The notes: a model not told the origin generated them from the letters alone. DNA of 46,182 nt from Octopus sinensis (GCF_006345805.1 NW_021834588.1:1-46182), one strand, 5' to 3'; shown: positions 24,951-36,487, counted from the first letter of the stretch. Translations and numbers: made by a program.

Positions 24951-25301
24951 ATCAAGAGATCGGTGTCAATGGCGAAAATGGTGAGGCGGAATGGAACTAC
25001 ACCGAACCTCATAAATCGGAGGACAACGGTGGGGCGTGTGTTCATAGTCTTGGTAGTCAGAGTGGTCTTGGATCTGTGGGGCTCATTGATCGACCCCAGT
25101 TGGAAGATCTGATGTATGAAGAGGATTTCATCGTCCATGTACTCACAAAGTTTCTATATTATGCATAGGTTTTCTTCTCATTTCTCCCTAATAAGACCCC
25201 CTTAAGTTTTTTCTTAACGATTTTAGGTACCTCACCACCTCCCCTCCTCCACACAAATTTGAACTGTTCTCATCTGATGCTTCTGTGGCAAATAAAAGAA
25301 C

Positions 25302-25333
<32 letters not shown>

Positions 25334-25370
25334 GCTGCTGCTTCTGCTGTTGCTGCTGCTACTGCTGCTG

Positions 25371-25403
<33 letters not shown>

Positions 25404-25471
25404 TACTACTACTACTACTACCGCTGCTGCTCTTGTTGTTGCTGCTGCTGCTGCTGCCACTACTACTGCTG

Positions 25472-25503
<32 letters not shown>
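25302..25503. repeat. Compound (CTA)n/(CTG)n trinucleotide array
   Basis: Direct read. Confidence 0.95.
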
Positions 25504-25504
<1 letters not shown>

Positions 25505-25602
25505 AGACGGTTGAGAGTCGCACAAAATGTCTTCCGATATTTTGTGAGTTCAAATCTCACCGAAACGAATTTAGGTTTTCATCCCTCCGAAGGTCCATAA
25601 GG
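25504..25602 (+). mobile_element. SINE family B, very degenerate fragment
   Basis: GTGAGTTCAAATCTCACCGAA..TTTTCATCCCTCCGAAGGTC. Confidence 0.5.
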
Positions 25603-25646
25603 TGTGGTAGGAAATAGAATACAAGAAGCCGACAGCTTACATATAT

Positions 25647-26034
25647 GGCGCAGGAGTGGCTGTGTGGTAAGTAGCTTGCTAACCAACCACATGGTTCCGG
25701 GTTCAGTCCCACTGCGTGGCATCTTGGGCAATGCCTTCTGCTATAGCCCCGGGCCGACCAATGCCTTGTGAGTGGATTTGGTAGACGGAAACTGAAAGAA
25801 GCCCGTCGTATATATATATATATATGTATATGTGTGTATGTGTGTGAGTTTGTCCCCCTAGCATTGCTTGACAACCGATGCTGGTGTGTTTACGTCCCCG
25901 TAACTTAGCGGTTCGGCAAAAGGGACCGATAGAATAAGTACTGGGCTTACAATGAATAAGTCCCGGAGTCGATTTGCTCGACTAAAGGCGGTGCTCCAGC
26001 ATGGCCGCAGTCAAATGACTGAAACAAGTAAAAG
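25647..26034 (+). mobile_element. SINE family A, full length
   Basis: Aligns end to end with the 9511 copy. Confidence 0.92.
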
Positions 26035-26343
26035 GGAGAGAAAAGAGAGATATGTATGTGTATGTGTATGTATATGTATGTTGTCTTTCTTTTCCATATA
26101 ATCGTTCTGAGGAATGTTTATTAATTGTAAAATTAAGCACATTTTTATGAACAGAAACAGCTGTAAACAGTCTCCTAATTAAATTAAACAATGACTTTAA
26201 AACGCTAATGAGTCACTTCTCATTGTTAATCATTGCTTTATATATCGTCTCTATATATATTAAACCATAGTTTTACCTTTAAAATACCTACTACCGTATA
26301 CCTTATAACGAGCTATAATGAGGTCTATAGACTAAGGTAATAT

Positions 26344-26729
26344 GGTGGAAGCACTCCGTCGGTTACGACGACGAGGGTTCCGGTTGATCCGAATCAACGG
26401 AACAGCCTGCTCGTGAAATTAACGTGTAAGTGGCTGAGCACTCCACAGACACGTGTACCATTAACGTAGTTCTCGGGGATATTCAGCGTGACACAGAGAA
26501 TGACAAGGCCGGCCCTTTGAAGTACAGGTACAACAGAAACGGGAAGTAAGAGTGAGAGAAAGTTGTGGTGAAAGAGTACAGCAGGGATCACCACCATCTC
26601 CTGCCGGAGCCTCGTGGAGCTTTTAGGTGTTTTCGCTCAATAAACACTCACAACGCCCGGTCTGGGAATCGAAACCGCGATCCTATGACCGCGAGTCCGC
26701 TGCCCTAACCACTGGGCCATTGCGCCTCC
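26344..26729 (-). mobile_element. SINE family C (OR1-like, 386 bp), full-length monomer with a 13-bp TSD
   Basis: ACTAAGGTAATAT at 26331-26343 and 26730-26742. Reverse complement matches the 13685 copy minus its extra units. Confidence 0.93.
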
Positions 26730-27508
26730 ACTAAGGTAATATACCAGGTGTGCCTACGGATACATCTATCCCTTAGTTGGTTGCACAACATCTAACTTAC
26801 ATCTTACTTAACAAATATGTATGTATATAAACATATATGTGTGTGTGTGTGTGTATACACAGTGAAAGAGACTGAACGAGAGAGAGAGAAAGAAAGAGAG
26901 AGAGCATAGTGAGGGGTAGAGATAGAGAGAACGTATAAACACGTGACACGAGTGTTTTATTTGCTGGTAGAAACACACCAACACATGTACAGCTTTTTAC
27001 TTACCATTCCTTCGCTGCTGTTTCCTCAATAATCGACATATTGATACTGTCTAGTACAACTCTTCTGATTCGGTGATATCTTATCATTGATATCTTCAAT
27101 ATCATTGTTTCTTTTTCATGTGGTATATGATATTTTTTATCAATGTCTTCAGTTGTAGTAACATGGCGTATTGTATAACATAACATCGAAATAATTCGAT
27201 TTGTACGAAATAACTGAAGCATAAGTTATGCATAATTGAAGTACTGTATTTAATTATTGATAGATTGGATTCTTTTTTCGAATTTTGTTTTCATAAATTT
27301 ATTATCTTCATTCTTCAAACATTACAGAAATTCTTGTCGTTTTGCTATAGATGCAGTCGCACGCATGTATACAGGCATGTATGTATGTATGTATATATGT
27401 ATGTATGTCATTATTTAGTTTATTTCAAAATTTCTTGCCAATAGAGAAAGAATCGGTTTCTAACCTAGATCCAAAGCTCCATCATTTTTGTTTGTATGTA
27501 TGTCACTT

Positions 27509-27842
27509 GTGAAGACGAATGGCTCAGTGGTTAGAGCATCGAACTTACGATCGTGAACTTGTGAGCTCGAATCCCGGACCGGGCTGCCTGTTGTGTTCTT
27601 GAGCAAAACCCTTTATTTCACGTTGCTCCAGTCCACTCAGCTGTAGAAATGAGTTGCGACGTCACAGGTGCCAAGCTGTATCGGCCCCTTTGCCTTTCCC
27701 TTGGATAACACTGGTGGCGTGGAGAGGGGAGGCCGGTATGCATGGGCGACTGCTTGTCTTCCATAAAACAACTTTGCCCGGACTTGTGCCTCAGAGGGTA
27801 ACTTTCTAGGTGCAAGCCCATGGTCAGTGTCTGACCGAAGGC
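27509..27842 (+). mobile_element. SINE family D (tRNA head plus CORE-like domain)
   Basis: A box TGGCTCAGTGG (27520-27530), B-box-like GAGCTCGAATCCC, then GTGTTCTTGAGCAAAACCCTTTATTTCACGTTGCTCC. Single copy in the window. Confidence 0.75.
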
Positions 27843-28230
27843 GGTCTCAGATCAGATGTATGTCACTGGAATCTTCTATGGCAGAAATGTTGTACAAGTT
27901 TTTGTTACTTAAGTTCAATGACGTACAAATGTTTCACTATCATTTCACTTCTCGTGCCACATTGTATTTTGTCCTATGGCCATGCATGTGTCACGTGGAA
28001 AGTTATAACCGCATACATGCATGGATCAAAAGTAAATCAAAGCAACCAAGCTAAATGTCAAACGGCCATCAATCTGACACAATGAGGTACTCTTCATATA
28101 TGTACTTATAAAGTGTGACATACTTATAGTCCCCAGAAATATAGGCAGATATCAAGTGTAACATTCTGCCTACATTTCTGTGAACCATGAGTAGAAAACT
28201 ACCCCTGATACAAATATACACTTATATACT

Positions 28231-28450
28231 GTGTCTTAGTATCTGTGTTTTTTCCCCACTCCATTACTTGACGACCGATGTTGGTGTGTTCACGTCCCCG
28301 TAACTTAACAGTTGGCAAAAGTATGCGATAGAATACAAAGCTTACAAAGAATAAGTCTTGTGATCGATTTCTTCGATTAAAACCCTTTAAGGCGGTACCT
28401 CAGCATGGTCGCAGACTAATGACTGAAACAAGTAAAAGAATAAAAGAGTA
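28231..28450 (+). mobile_element. SINE family A, degenerate 3' half
   Basis: TTGACGACCGATGTTGGTGTG..AAGGCGG..GACTGAAACAAGTAAAAGA. Confidence 0.8.
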
Positions 28451-28530
28451 TACAATACATAGAAACCAGCTATTTTTAGATTGGCAAAAAAATCTAAAAA
28501 TAAAGTTAAATAATAATGTAGAATAATGTA

Positions 28531-28741
28531 GTGTGTGTTTGTGTGTCTGTGTTTGTCCCCCTAGCATTGCTTGACAACCGATGCTGGTGTGTTTACGTCC
28601 CCGTCACTTAGCGGTTCGGCAAAAGAGACCGATAGAATAAGTACTGGGCTTACAAAAGAATAAGTCCCGGGGTCGAGTTGCTCGATTAAAGGCGGTGCTC
28701 CAGCATGGCCGCAGTCAAATAGCTGAAACAAGTAAAAGAGT
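28531..28741 (+). mobile_element. SINE family A, 3' half
   Basis: Starts in the (TG)n tract and runs to the GTAAAAGAGT tail. Confidence 0.9.
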
Positions 28742-28750
28742 AATAATATA

Positions 28751-28891
28751 TACTCTTTTACTCTTTTACTTGTTTCAGTCTTTTGACTGTGGCCAAGCTG
28801 GAGCACCACCTTTAGTCGAGCAAATCGACTCTAGAACTTATTCTTTGTAAGCCTAGTACTTATTCTATCGGGCTCTTTTGCCGAACCGCTA
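28751..28891 (-). mobile_element. SINE family A, 3' ~140 bp, inverted about 10 bp after the preceding copy
   Basis: Reverse complement of 28609-28741. Confidence 0.9.
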
Positions 28892-29331
28892 TATCATGAT
28901 ATATTTTGAGAGCCTTGCTCAAGGCCATTAATATATCCTCAGGTCAACTTAGCTTAAGTCGACTAATTTTGAGAGATCAAGATTCGTAACGTTGCTTTAT
29001 TGTAATGGTTAGAGCAGTAGAAACGGCGTTCAAATCCCGCAGGTGGTGCTACACATTCAGTCCTCCTCTATCCGTTCGTGAGCGAGAGATAGAAAAACAG
29101 ATTTGTGTCTCAGAGAGGAAGACGCTGTGTAGTTTGCATGATAGATGGGGGTAGATATGTGAAGAAATCACGTTTTACCGAAGATAATGGCTGTTTGCGT
29201 GGAAGAAGAAGGGGGGGAAACTTTACATCTAATTGATCGTTGTTCGTATTATCTGGAATCGGTAAGACATCATATGGAATCAGCCAAATGCTTTCCTCCA
29301 AAGCTTTGTGACATAGTACAAATGTTGTTGC

Positions 29332-29385
<54 letters not shown>
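29332..29385. repeat. (ATT)n microsatellite
   Basis: Direct read. Confidence 0.9.
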
Positions 29386-29578
29386 GGTTGTTATTATTTG
29401 TTATTGGAGTCGTGTCAATATTTATTTCATGTTTATTTGTAATAGTAATCTTGGTGTGATATCTATTGAATTACATCTCACAATGTTCTAAATAAGCTCA
29501 GATTAAATTCTCATTTGTTGAATGTTTTTATTATTATTTTATTTTATTTCTAACCGTTTTCTTTCTTTCTTTCTCTAG

Positions 29579-29602
29579 AGATGGCCTTATTGATCAACTA
29601 TG
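29579..29602 (+). other. Candidate 24-nt microexon
   Basis: CTAAC branch point (29550-29554), pyrimidine tract, TAG at 29576-29578, 24 nt, TG|GTAATC donor. Open readings are DGLIDQL or MALLINY. Confidence 0.3.
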
Positions 29603-30007
29603 GTAATCCGTTTATATCTATTACATTTTGCATCGTACCTGTATTTCTTAAGCACATCAATGAATGCGTCACATTAAACTTCTCGTGAACGAAACAATTT
29701 TAACTCCGTATGCTATCTGCAATATTTATGCGAACTGTCTCTGATTGCATATCGGAGAATTAATGACATTTTTATCTGCAGTTTCGTTAGTTCGGTGTCC
29801 TGGATACCTTTAGCATCGGAGTAGCTTAATATTAAGTCTTAACTTACTACGTAATATCATTGATTTGTTCTTTATGGTCCTCGCTACAGTTATATAATGC
29901 TAAACTTTCCAATGAATTGCTGTCATAAACAACTGCAATAAACGAATTTATTCGGAATAAATTATTTCACCTTCCTCTAAGTGTAATTCGAAATGATGCT
30001 TATCCCC

Positions 30008-30126
30008 GACTGGCATAGAGTCTTCACAATACTCTGTTGTACTTTTGTAAAATGGAAGGCTTTCCACAAACAGCATTAATACTCTTCTTTGAAACCGTAA
30101 CTGTTTACGTGTACTAAGAAATATGA
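30008..30126. repeat. 119-bp direct repeat, copy 1 (copy 2 at 32072-32190)
   Basis: 4 mismatches in 119 bp by manual alignment. Confidence 0.95.
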
Positions 30127-30606
30127 AATTTATGCGCTCCTGTAACATAATTGAGTCTTGAAGTCCTTCAGTGAGCATTTTCGAAAGGTCATTTTGAGGT
30201 TATTCAGAAGTGAAAATCCTCACCATTTTCCCGAGTCTCATAAGAGAACTTCAACTAGGAATTACAACCGTGTTTCGTGGTTTGCTACCACAACAGCTCC
30301 TTTATAGGATCCAGTTAGCTCAAGACATCATCAGGAAGAACCACGTCCGGTTTCGGCCCCTACTCCTCTACCGTTTTGACGTGGCGGGCACCCCCCCCCC
30401 CTTTCGGAGGTGTCTTCAGCTCTGGTGTTGGGTGCATGTCTTCTTTCTTCTTTTTTCTTCTGTTCCCTGGCCTCTTCGATGTATCGTCAGCGAGTGTCAG
30501 CCGGTGACTGACTGTCTTGTCAAATTTCTCCCTTAAAATACCTGCCGCATAGGCTCCAGCAGGCAGCCCCAGCAAGTTGTCACGTGACACTTTCTCGCCT
30601 TAACTG

Positions 30607-30700
30607 ACTAGTGAAGGCGCGTAGTTTTAGCCCGCGCTTTTTCTAAACGACCGTTAATCCAATATTTACTTATAAATATTATTGCTGCGTGTAACGGTCG
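30607..30700 (-). mobile_element. Helitron/Helentron-like 3' terminus
   Basis: Minus strand: GCGCG-11 nt-CGCGC hairpin, 5-nt spacer, CTAG, then T. Adjacent nested inverted repeats at 30648-30656/30692-30700 and 30661-30668/30673-30680. Confidence 0.4.
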
Positions 30701-30783
30701 GTTGTAAGCACAGCATCACACCGTTTTAAAACTTTAAGTGTAGGAACGGCATAATTTAGTAATTTTACTTCAATGCATCTTAA

Positions 30784-31094
30784 CCCCTTACCCAACAATT
30801 ATTTTGAAAATAAATGTATTTTTTCAGACATATTTTTTAATTGTTTTATTTTACTATGTTTTGAATGGTGATTTCGAGGTATATTTCAAACCTTATTTAT
30901 TATGAATTTTAATTCAATAATATTGATTTTAAATTACCGCTTTGGGCAGAAACGAGTTAACCCGTTTTTAGACGAAGGAACTCGTTTGCTGTAGATTATG
31001 GCGAGTCTATCTTTTGACGAGTTAACTCGCCAGAGATAGAAAAAAAAAACGATTTCGGTCAAAACGCATATATTCGTTTCTGCCGGGTAAGGGG
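30784..31094. mobile_element. Non-autonomous piggyBac-type MITE (311 bp)
   Basis: TTAA (30780-30783) + CCCCTTACCC ... GGGTAAGGGG + TTAA (31095-31098): a 10-bp perfect TIR starting CCC, with TTAA TSDs. Confidence 0.8.
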
Positions 31095-31514
31095 TTAAAA
31101 CAAGTGATTTGTAGGAAATGTTGAGTATTCACGCGCGAATAAAATATAAATAGTTTGAACCGTGTGACAGAAATATAACTGCGTTTACATTGTTAGTGTC
31201 ATTGTTGATGCCATTAACATTGGTAACAACAAAGAGAGCTTCGGTGGGGACAACGACAGTAATATGAAGGAAAGAATATATTTTTTTATAACATTTCGAG
31301 TTTCAAAGAATTACTGGCCAGCTGCCAGAAAAAGGTGAAGTATATCGCAAAAGAGAGAGAAAGCTTTTTACAATAAAGATCAAGTTGTTTAATGGCATAG
31401 TTTGGCAGTAGCTTTGTCGTTGAAATTTCTGATGCTATTTTGCCAAAAATTACCCTGGGTCTGTTTCTGAGCCAGGAGAAAGATTTTCTGTATTTTACTT
31501 AACATAATAGAACA

Positions 31515-31645
31515 AAAAAAAAAACAAAAACAAAAAAAATCCAAATAAAAAAACCAAAAAACAAAAACAAAATCCGAATAAAAAACCCAAAAACCAAAAA
31601 AAAAAAAAAAATCCGAATAAAAGACCCAAAAGACCCCAAAAATTC
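31515..31645. repeat. A-rich degenerate tandem repeat (ATCC[A/G]AATAAAA core x3)
   Basis: Direct read. Confidence 0.7.
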
Positions 31646-32071
31646 TTCAGGTAATGCTTAAAATCGTTTCAATATAAAATTAATACCATTTTGCGTGCTT
31701 CAGTTTTTATATGTCGTGCAGTAATAACTACGTATCAATAAATATATTAAAAGCACATTTAAATAAAACGCACGCACGCGCACAAACACACACATACACA
31801 TTCGCACACACTCGCACACACTCGCACACACTCGCGTACACTTGCACACGTACCCACATATTAGAATATCAATTATATTCGGCAGTACATATTCTAAAAT
31901 TGGTATTATATATACGTAATGAAATAGGAAGACACTCATATTCGTGAGGAGTTCATATTTTTCTTTCAAGGCCATACTTCTGTATATCGGTCGCAGTCCA
32001 ATGGCTGAAAGAAAATATACCGTTAGTTTCTGTTAAACTGCGGTAACTGTCTCAGATAAGCATCCCTTAAA

Positions 32072-32190
32072 GACTGGCATAGAGTCTTCACAATACTCTG
32101 TTGTACTTTTGTAAAATGGAAGGCATTCCACAAACAGCATTAATACTCTTCTTTGAAACCGTATCTGTTGAAGTGTACTAAGAAATATGA
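32072..32190. repeat. 119-bp direct repeat, copy 2
   Basis: See 30008-30126. Confidence 0.95.
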
Positions 32191-32342
32191 GATAAATATC
32201 AGTAACAGACGAAAATCGTCCGGCAGAAAAGCAATGAAGGCACAACTTAATACGCTTTTCTATCTCAATGAGCTTCGTCAGTAGCAAGTATCAATTAGCA
32301 AGCAGATGCTAGCAGTCTGTTTTAATTATGGTATAGAGATTG

Positions 32343-32379
<37 letters not shown>

Positions 32380-32382
<3 letters not shown>

Positions 32383-32394
32383 TATGTGTGTATA

Positions 32395-32448
<54 letters not shown>

Positions 32449-32665
32449 TTTGTGTCTCCGTTTGTCCCAACCATCGCTTGACAACCGATGTAGTTGTGTT
32501 TAGTTCCCCGTAACGTAGATGTTCTGCAAGACAGACCGATAGATTAGGCACCAGGCTTACAAAAAATAAGTCCTAGGGGCGATTTCTTCGACTAAACAAA
32601 ATAAGCCCTTTAAGGCGGTGCTCCAGGATGGCCGCACTCAAATGACTGAAGCAAATAAAAGAATG
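32380..32665 (+). mobile_element. SINE family A, 3' half with an expanded (TG)n
   Basis: GCTTGACAACCGATG..AAGGCGGTGCTCCAGGATGGCCGC..AAATGACTGAA. Confidence 0.8.
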
Positions 32666-32846
32666 AACGAATACAAGAATATAGAATGTCAGCAGTAATC
32701 CGAGGAGGAAGACAATTCATGTGATTCAGCGGTCGACCTAAATGGCAGTGTACTACCAGTTATTGCGACAATACGGAATGTATTCGCAGGAAAGGCAGTA
32801 ATGGCCTAGGATAAACACAGACAATGCCTCTTTTATTCACTACATA

Positions 32847-32888
<42 letters not shown>

Positions 32889-32932
32889 TATATATAATAT
32901 ATATATAGAATATATATATATATATATAATAT

Positions 32933-33213
32933 TAATTCGAGACAAAACCACTATTTTGCAAAACAAACGGAAAGACTTAATCAATACATAAAACTTTTTT
33001 AATATTAAAGAAATAAACGCCACTACAATCGTTTCATGTCTTCAATGACATTCGTCAGGTGGATTTTCGATCTCCTAATCTGTTTTAATTTGTTTGCAAA
33101 ATAGTGGTTTTGTCTCGAATTAAATTATATAATATTTTACTATAAAATTGGAGATTTAACCTAAATATCTGATGTTTTTCTCCCTGTTAAATTTGGATTT
33201 ATTCCCTAATATT

Positions 33214-33215
<2 letters not shown>
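32933..33215. mobile_element. Penelope-type terminal-repeat-like element between (TA)n tracts, with a perfect 30-bp inverted repeat
   Basis: TAATTCGAGACAAAACCACTATTTTGCAAA (32933-32962) is the exact reverse complement of 33093-33122. A hammerhead motif lies between the arms. The Penelope assignment is inference. Confidence 0.6.
33020..33062 (-). ncRNA. Minimal type I hammerhead ribozyme motif
   Basis: Minus strand: CCAC-CUGACGA-AUGUC(AUUGAA)GACAU-GAAAC-GAUU-GUA-GUGG. Stem I 4 bp, stem II 5 bp, minimal stem III. Predicted cleavage after A at 33024. Confidence 0.8.
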
Positions 33216-33249
<34 letters not shown>

Positions 33250-33469
33250 ATATATATATATAATATATATATATAATATATACATATATATATATTATAT
33301 ATATATCAACACGGGGAATGCTGGAATATGAACAGCAACATCAGTGTAAACGGAACACACCTCTTTTTGGAAGGAAGAATTCTAAAGGATATACAAACGC
33401 CATAGAGAAGTACTTATATTCTTAACTCGCGCACACACACGTGCGCGTATAGCTATATATATTTGTTTG

Positions 33470-33538
33470 TATGCGTATCATATTATAGAGAGAGAGATAC
33501 ATATCAATCTACCTATCTATTTGTCGTATGTTGTCTGT

Positions 33539-33582
<44 letters not shown>

Positions 33583-33679
33583 TATCTTTCTATCTATCTA
33601 TCTATCTATTTATCTTTTATCTATTATCTATCTATCCTATTATCTTCTATCTATATCTATCTATCTATCTATCTATCTT

Positions 33680-33726
<47 letters not shown>

Positions 33727-33791
33727 ATCTATCTATCTATCTATCTTTCTATCTATCTATCTACCAGTCTTATCTATCTATCTCATCTATC

Positions 33792-33824
<33 letters not shown>

Positions 33825-33872
33825 CCATCTCTACTATCTACCCTCTATCTATCTATCCCTAATCTATCTATC

Positions 33873-33910
<38 letters not shown>

Positions 33911-33935
33911 TTATGTATGTATGTATGTATGTATG

Positions 33936-33976
<41 letters not shown>

Positions 33977-33990
33977 ATATGTATACATGT
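33470..33990. repeat. Degenerate (ATCT)n array ending in (ATGT)n and (CT)n
   Basis: Direct read. Confidence 0.95.
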
Positions 33991-34319
33991 ATGTAAATGC
34001 GTGTGTGTATAGCTTATATAATATTTAAACGTCTGATGGCACAGCTGCTTGGCTTCGATCTCCATTTAATTCTCAGATTATAATCTTAATATCATGCACC
34101 ACTATATATTTTTTTTTAACACCATTTCCACACATTTTCATTTTGTGTTTGACGCAGTTTTCCTTTTTTTTTTTATCTTACTTTATAACTTAACATTTTT
34201 ACAAATAACGAAAACACTGCGTTGATTTATTCAAATCTTGAAAACTGCATTAGTATATATTTCTCATTCCATTTTCTTCTTTACTTTACTTTTATGCTCA
34301 CAAAGAAACCTGTTTGACA

Positions 34320-34377
34320 TACATACATACATTTATATACATACATAAAATATATATATATATTATTATATATATAT

Positions 34378-34419
<42 letters not shown>

Positions 34420-35060
34420 TATAATATATATATATATGTATAATATTTGAATGTATATATATATTATATATTATATATATATATATTGTATATATGTATG
34501 TATATCTATGTATATATGTATGTATTTTGTGAATTGCCCTTAGCGAGAGCGTGTTTCACAAAGAAACCGAAAGAGCAAGTATACTTTTGCATAATGGGTT
34601 TTCAGAAGCTTCCTATAAAAATCTCGAACTGGTGTAATGTAAATAAAAAAGAAAATTTCAAGACATTTAGATTTGTAGATACATATTGTCCGTTCTCAGT
34701 CATTTATGAATATGCATGTAATCTCTGAGGAAGAGGGCAAAAACAGGGAAAAAAGAAAACCTCAATCAAATATGTCACAAAAAATTATCATACCCGGAGT
34801 TATTAGGATCTTTCGTGCATTTTTTATGGCTTAACCTATATACAACCAACATTCATACATTTATCATTATATATACCAACACTCCACACACACACAACAC
34901 CACCACACACACACACACACCACCACATCATATTTTGTATATATATATAATATATACATATAATATGTGTAAATATGTATATATATAACCTATATATATA
35001 ATACATTCATGTACGTAAGAATATATGCATATGTATATATTATATATATTATATATTGTA

Positions 35061-35102
<42 letters not shown>

Positions 35103-35516
35103 AAATGTTGGCAATAATAATGGCGACGATAATGATGGTGATGATTATGATGACAATAACAATAAGGATGAAAATGATGATAATAACATTATAATAATAA
35201 TAATGATAATAACGACACCAAAAATCATGAAAAATATAAAACAAATGCATAAATGATGATGATGATGATGATGATGATGATATTAGCGATGATAATGCGC
35301 ACAAATATGTATGCGTGAGTGTGCTTATGCAGCAAGATAGATGCATTATATATATATATTATATATATATATATATATATTATTTATATATATATATATA
35401 ATATATTATGTATGCACACATATATGCATATACAAACATATTTTCATACATACCTACGTACATGTATGTATATATATATATATATATATGTAGACAAATA
35501 TAGATATTTATATGCA

Positions 35517-35551
<35 letters not shown>

Positions 35552-36487
35552 ATATACATGTAATATATATCTATATATATGTACAATATATGTATACAGG
35601 TCTATATATATATATATGTGTATATATAATGTATATAATATATATATATATACATATATATATATAATAATATATATATATATCACATAAATATATATAT
35701 ATATATTATATATATATACATATTATATATATATATATAATAATATATTATATATATATATATATATATGGTACATGTTGCATGTAGTTTTACCTGCATA
35801 TATTTCGCTGTGTGCGTCTATGCGTGTGCGTATCTACGTGAATAGAGATTGCGTCATTACAGGATCAACGAGAAAAACTGCTATAGTGACAAAGTGTGAA
35901 AAGAAGGTGGAACGGGAAACGGTAGAAAAAAAACAAAACAACAAACAAAAACAAGGAACTGGAGCGATGAGGGCGGGGTGGGGGTGAGAGGGAGAGGGAA
36001 AAGGTGGGGTGGGCATTAAGTCTTTGCAAGTCAGCTTTGTATGAGAACTGCTGTTTTATCAAGGAATGAATTCTGTATGGAGGTCACATGAATGCAAATT
36101 TCCGCTCCGAGTGAATGTGTAAACAAAGGGGAAGTTAATAATATGTATGAAACAACTATGTATGTGCTTGTCATGTGATTGAACATGTATGTGTATGTAT
36201 GTACGTATGCTAGCATGTATGTGTGTGTATATGTGTGTATGTGGTTTTTTTTCTGGATGTATTTGTGCATGAACTTTTATAGTAGTGAGGCATGTATTTC
36301 AGTCCCTGTATACATAAAATATGTTATACATGTATGTATCGGTAAATAAACGTCTTGATACAATACGTGATGCGCGAAAATGTAGGCATATGAAATCGTT
36401 TATGAGTCTGGAGAATAATATATTATATAATATATACATACATATATATATACATACATATCTATATATCATACATATACATTATAT

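Noticed and set aside
25148-25282. Minus-strand 135-nt exon (TTCTTTTATTTGCCACAG to GTGAGT)
   Set aside because: All three frames are closed.
32245-32290. Minus-strand CTGACGA..GAAA
   Set aside because: Stem II does not close at the core, and no stem I or III pairing is found.
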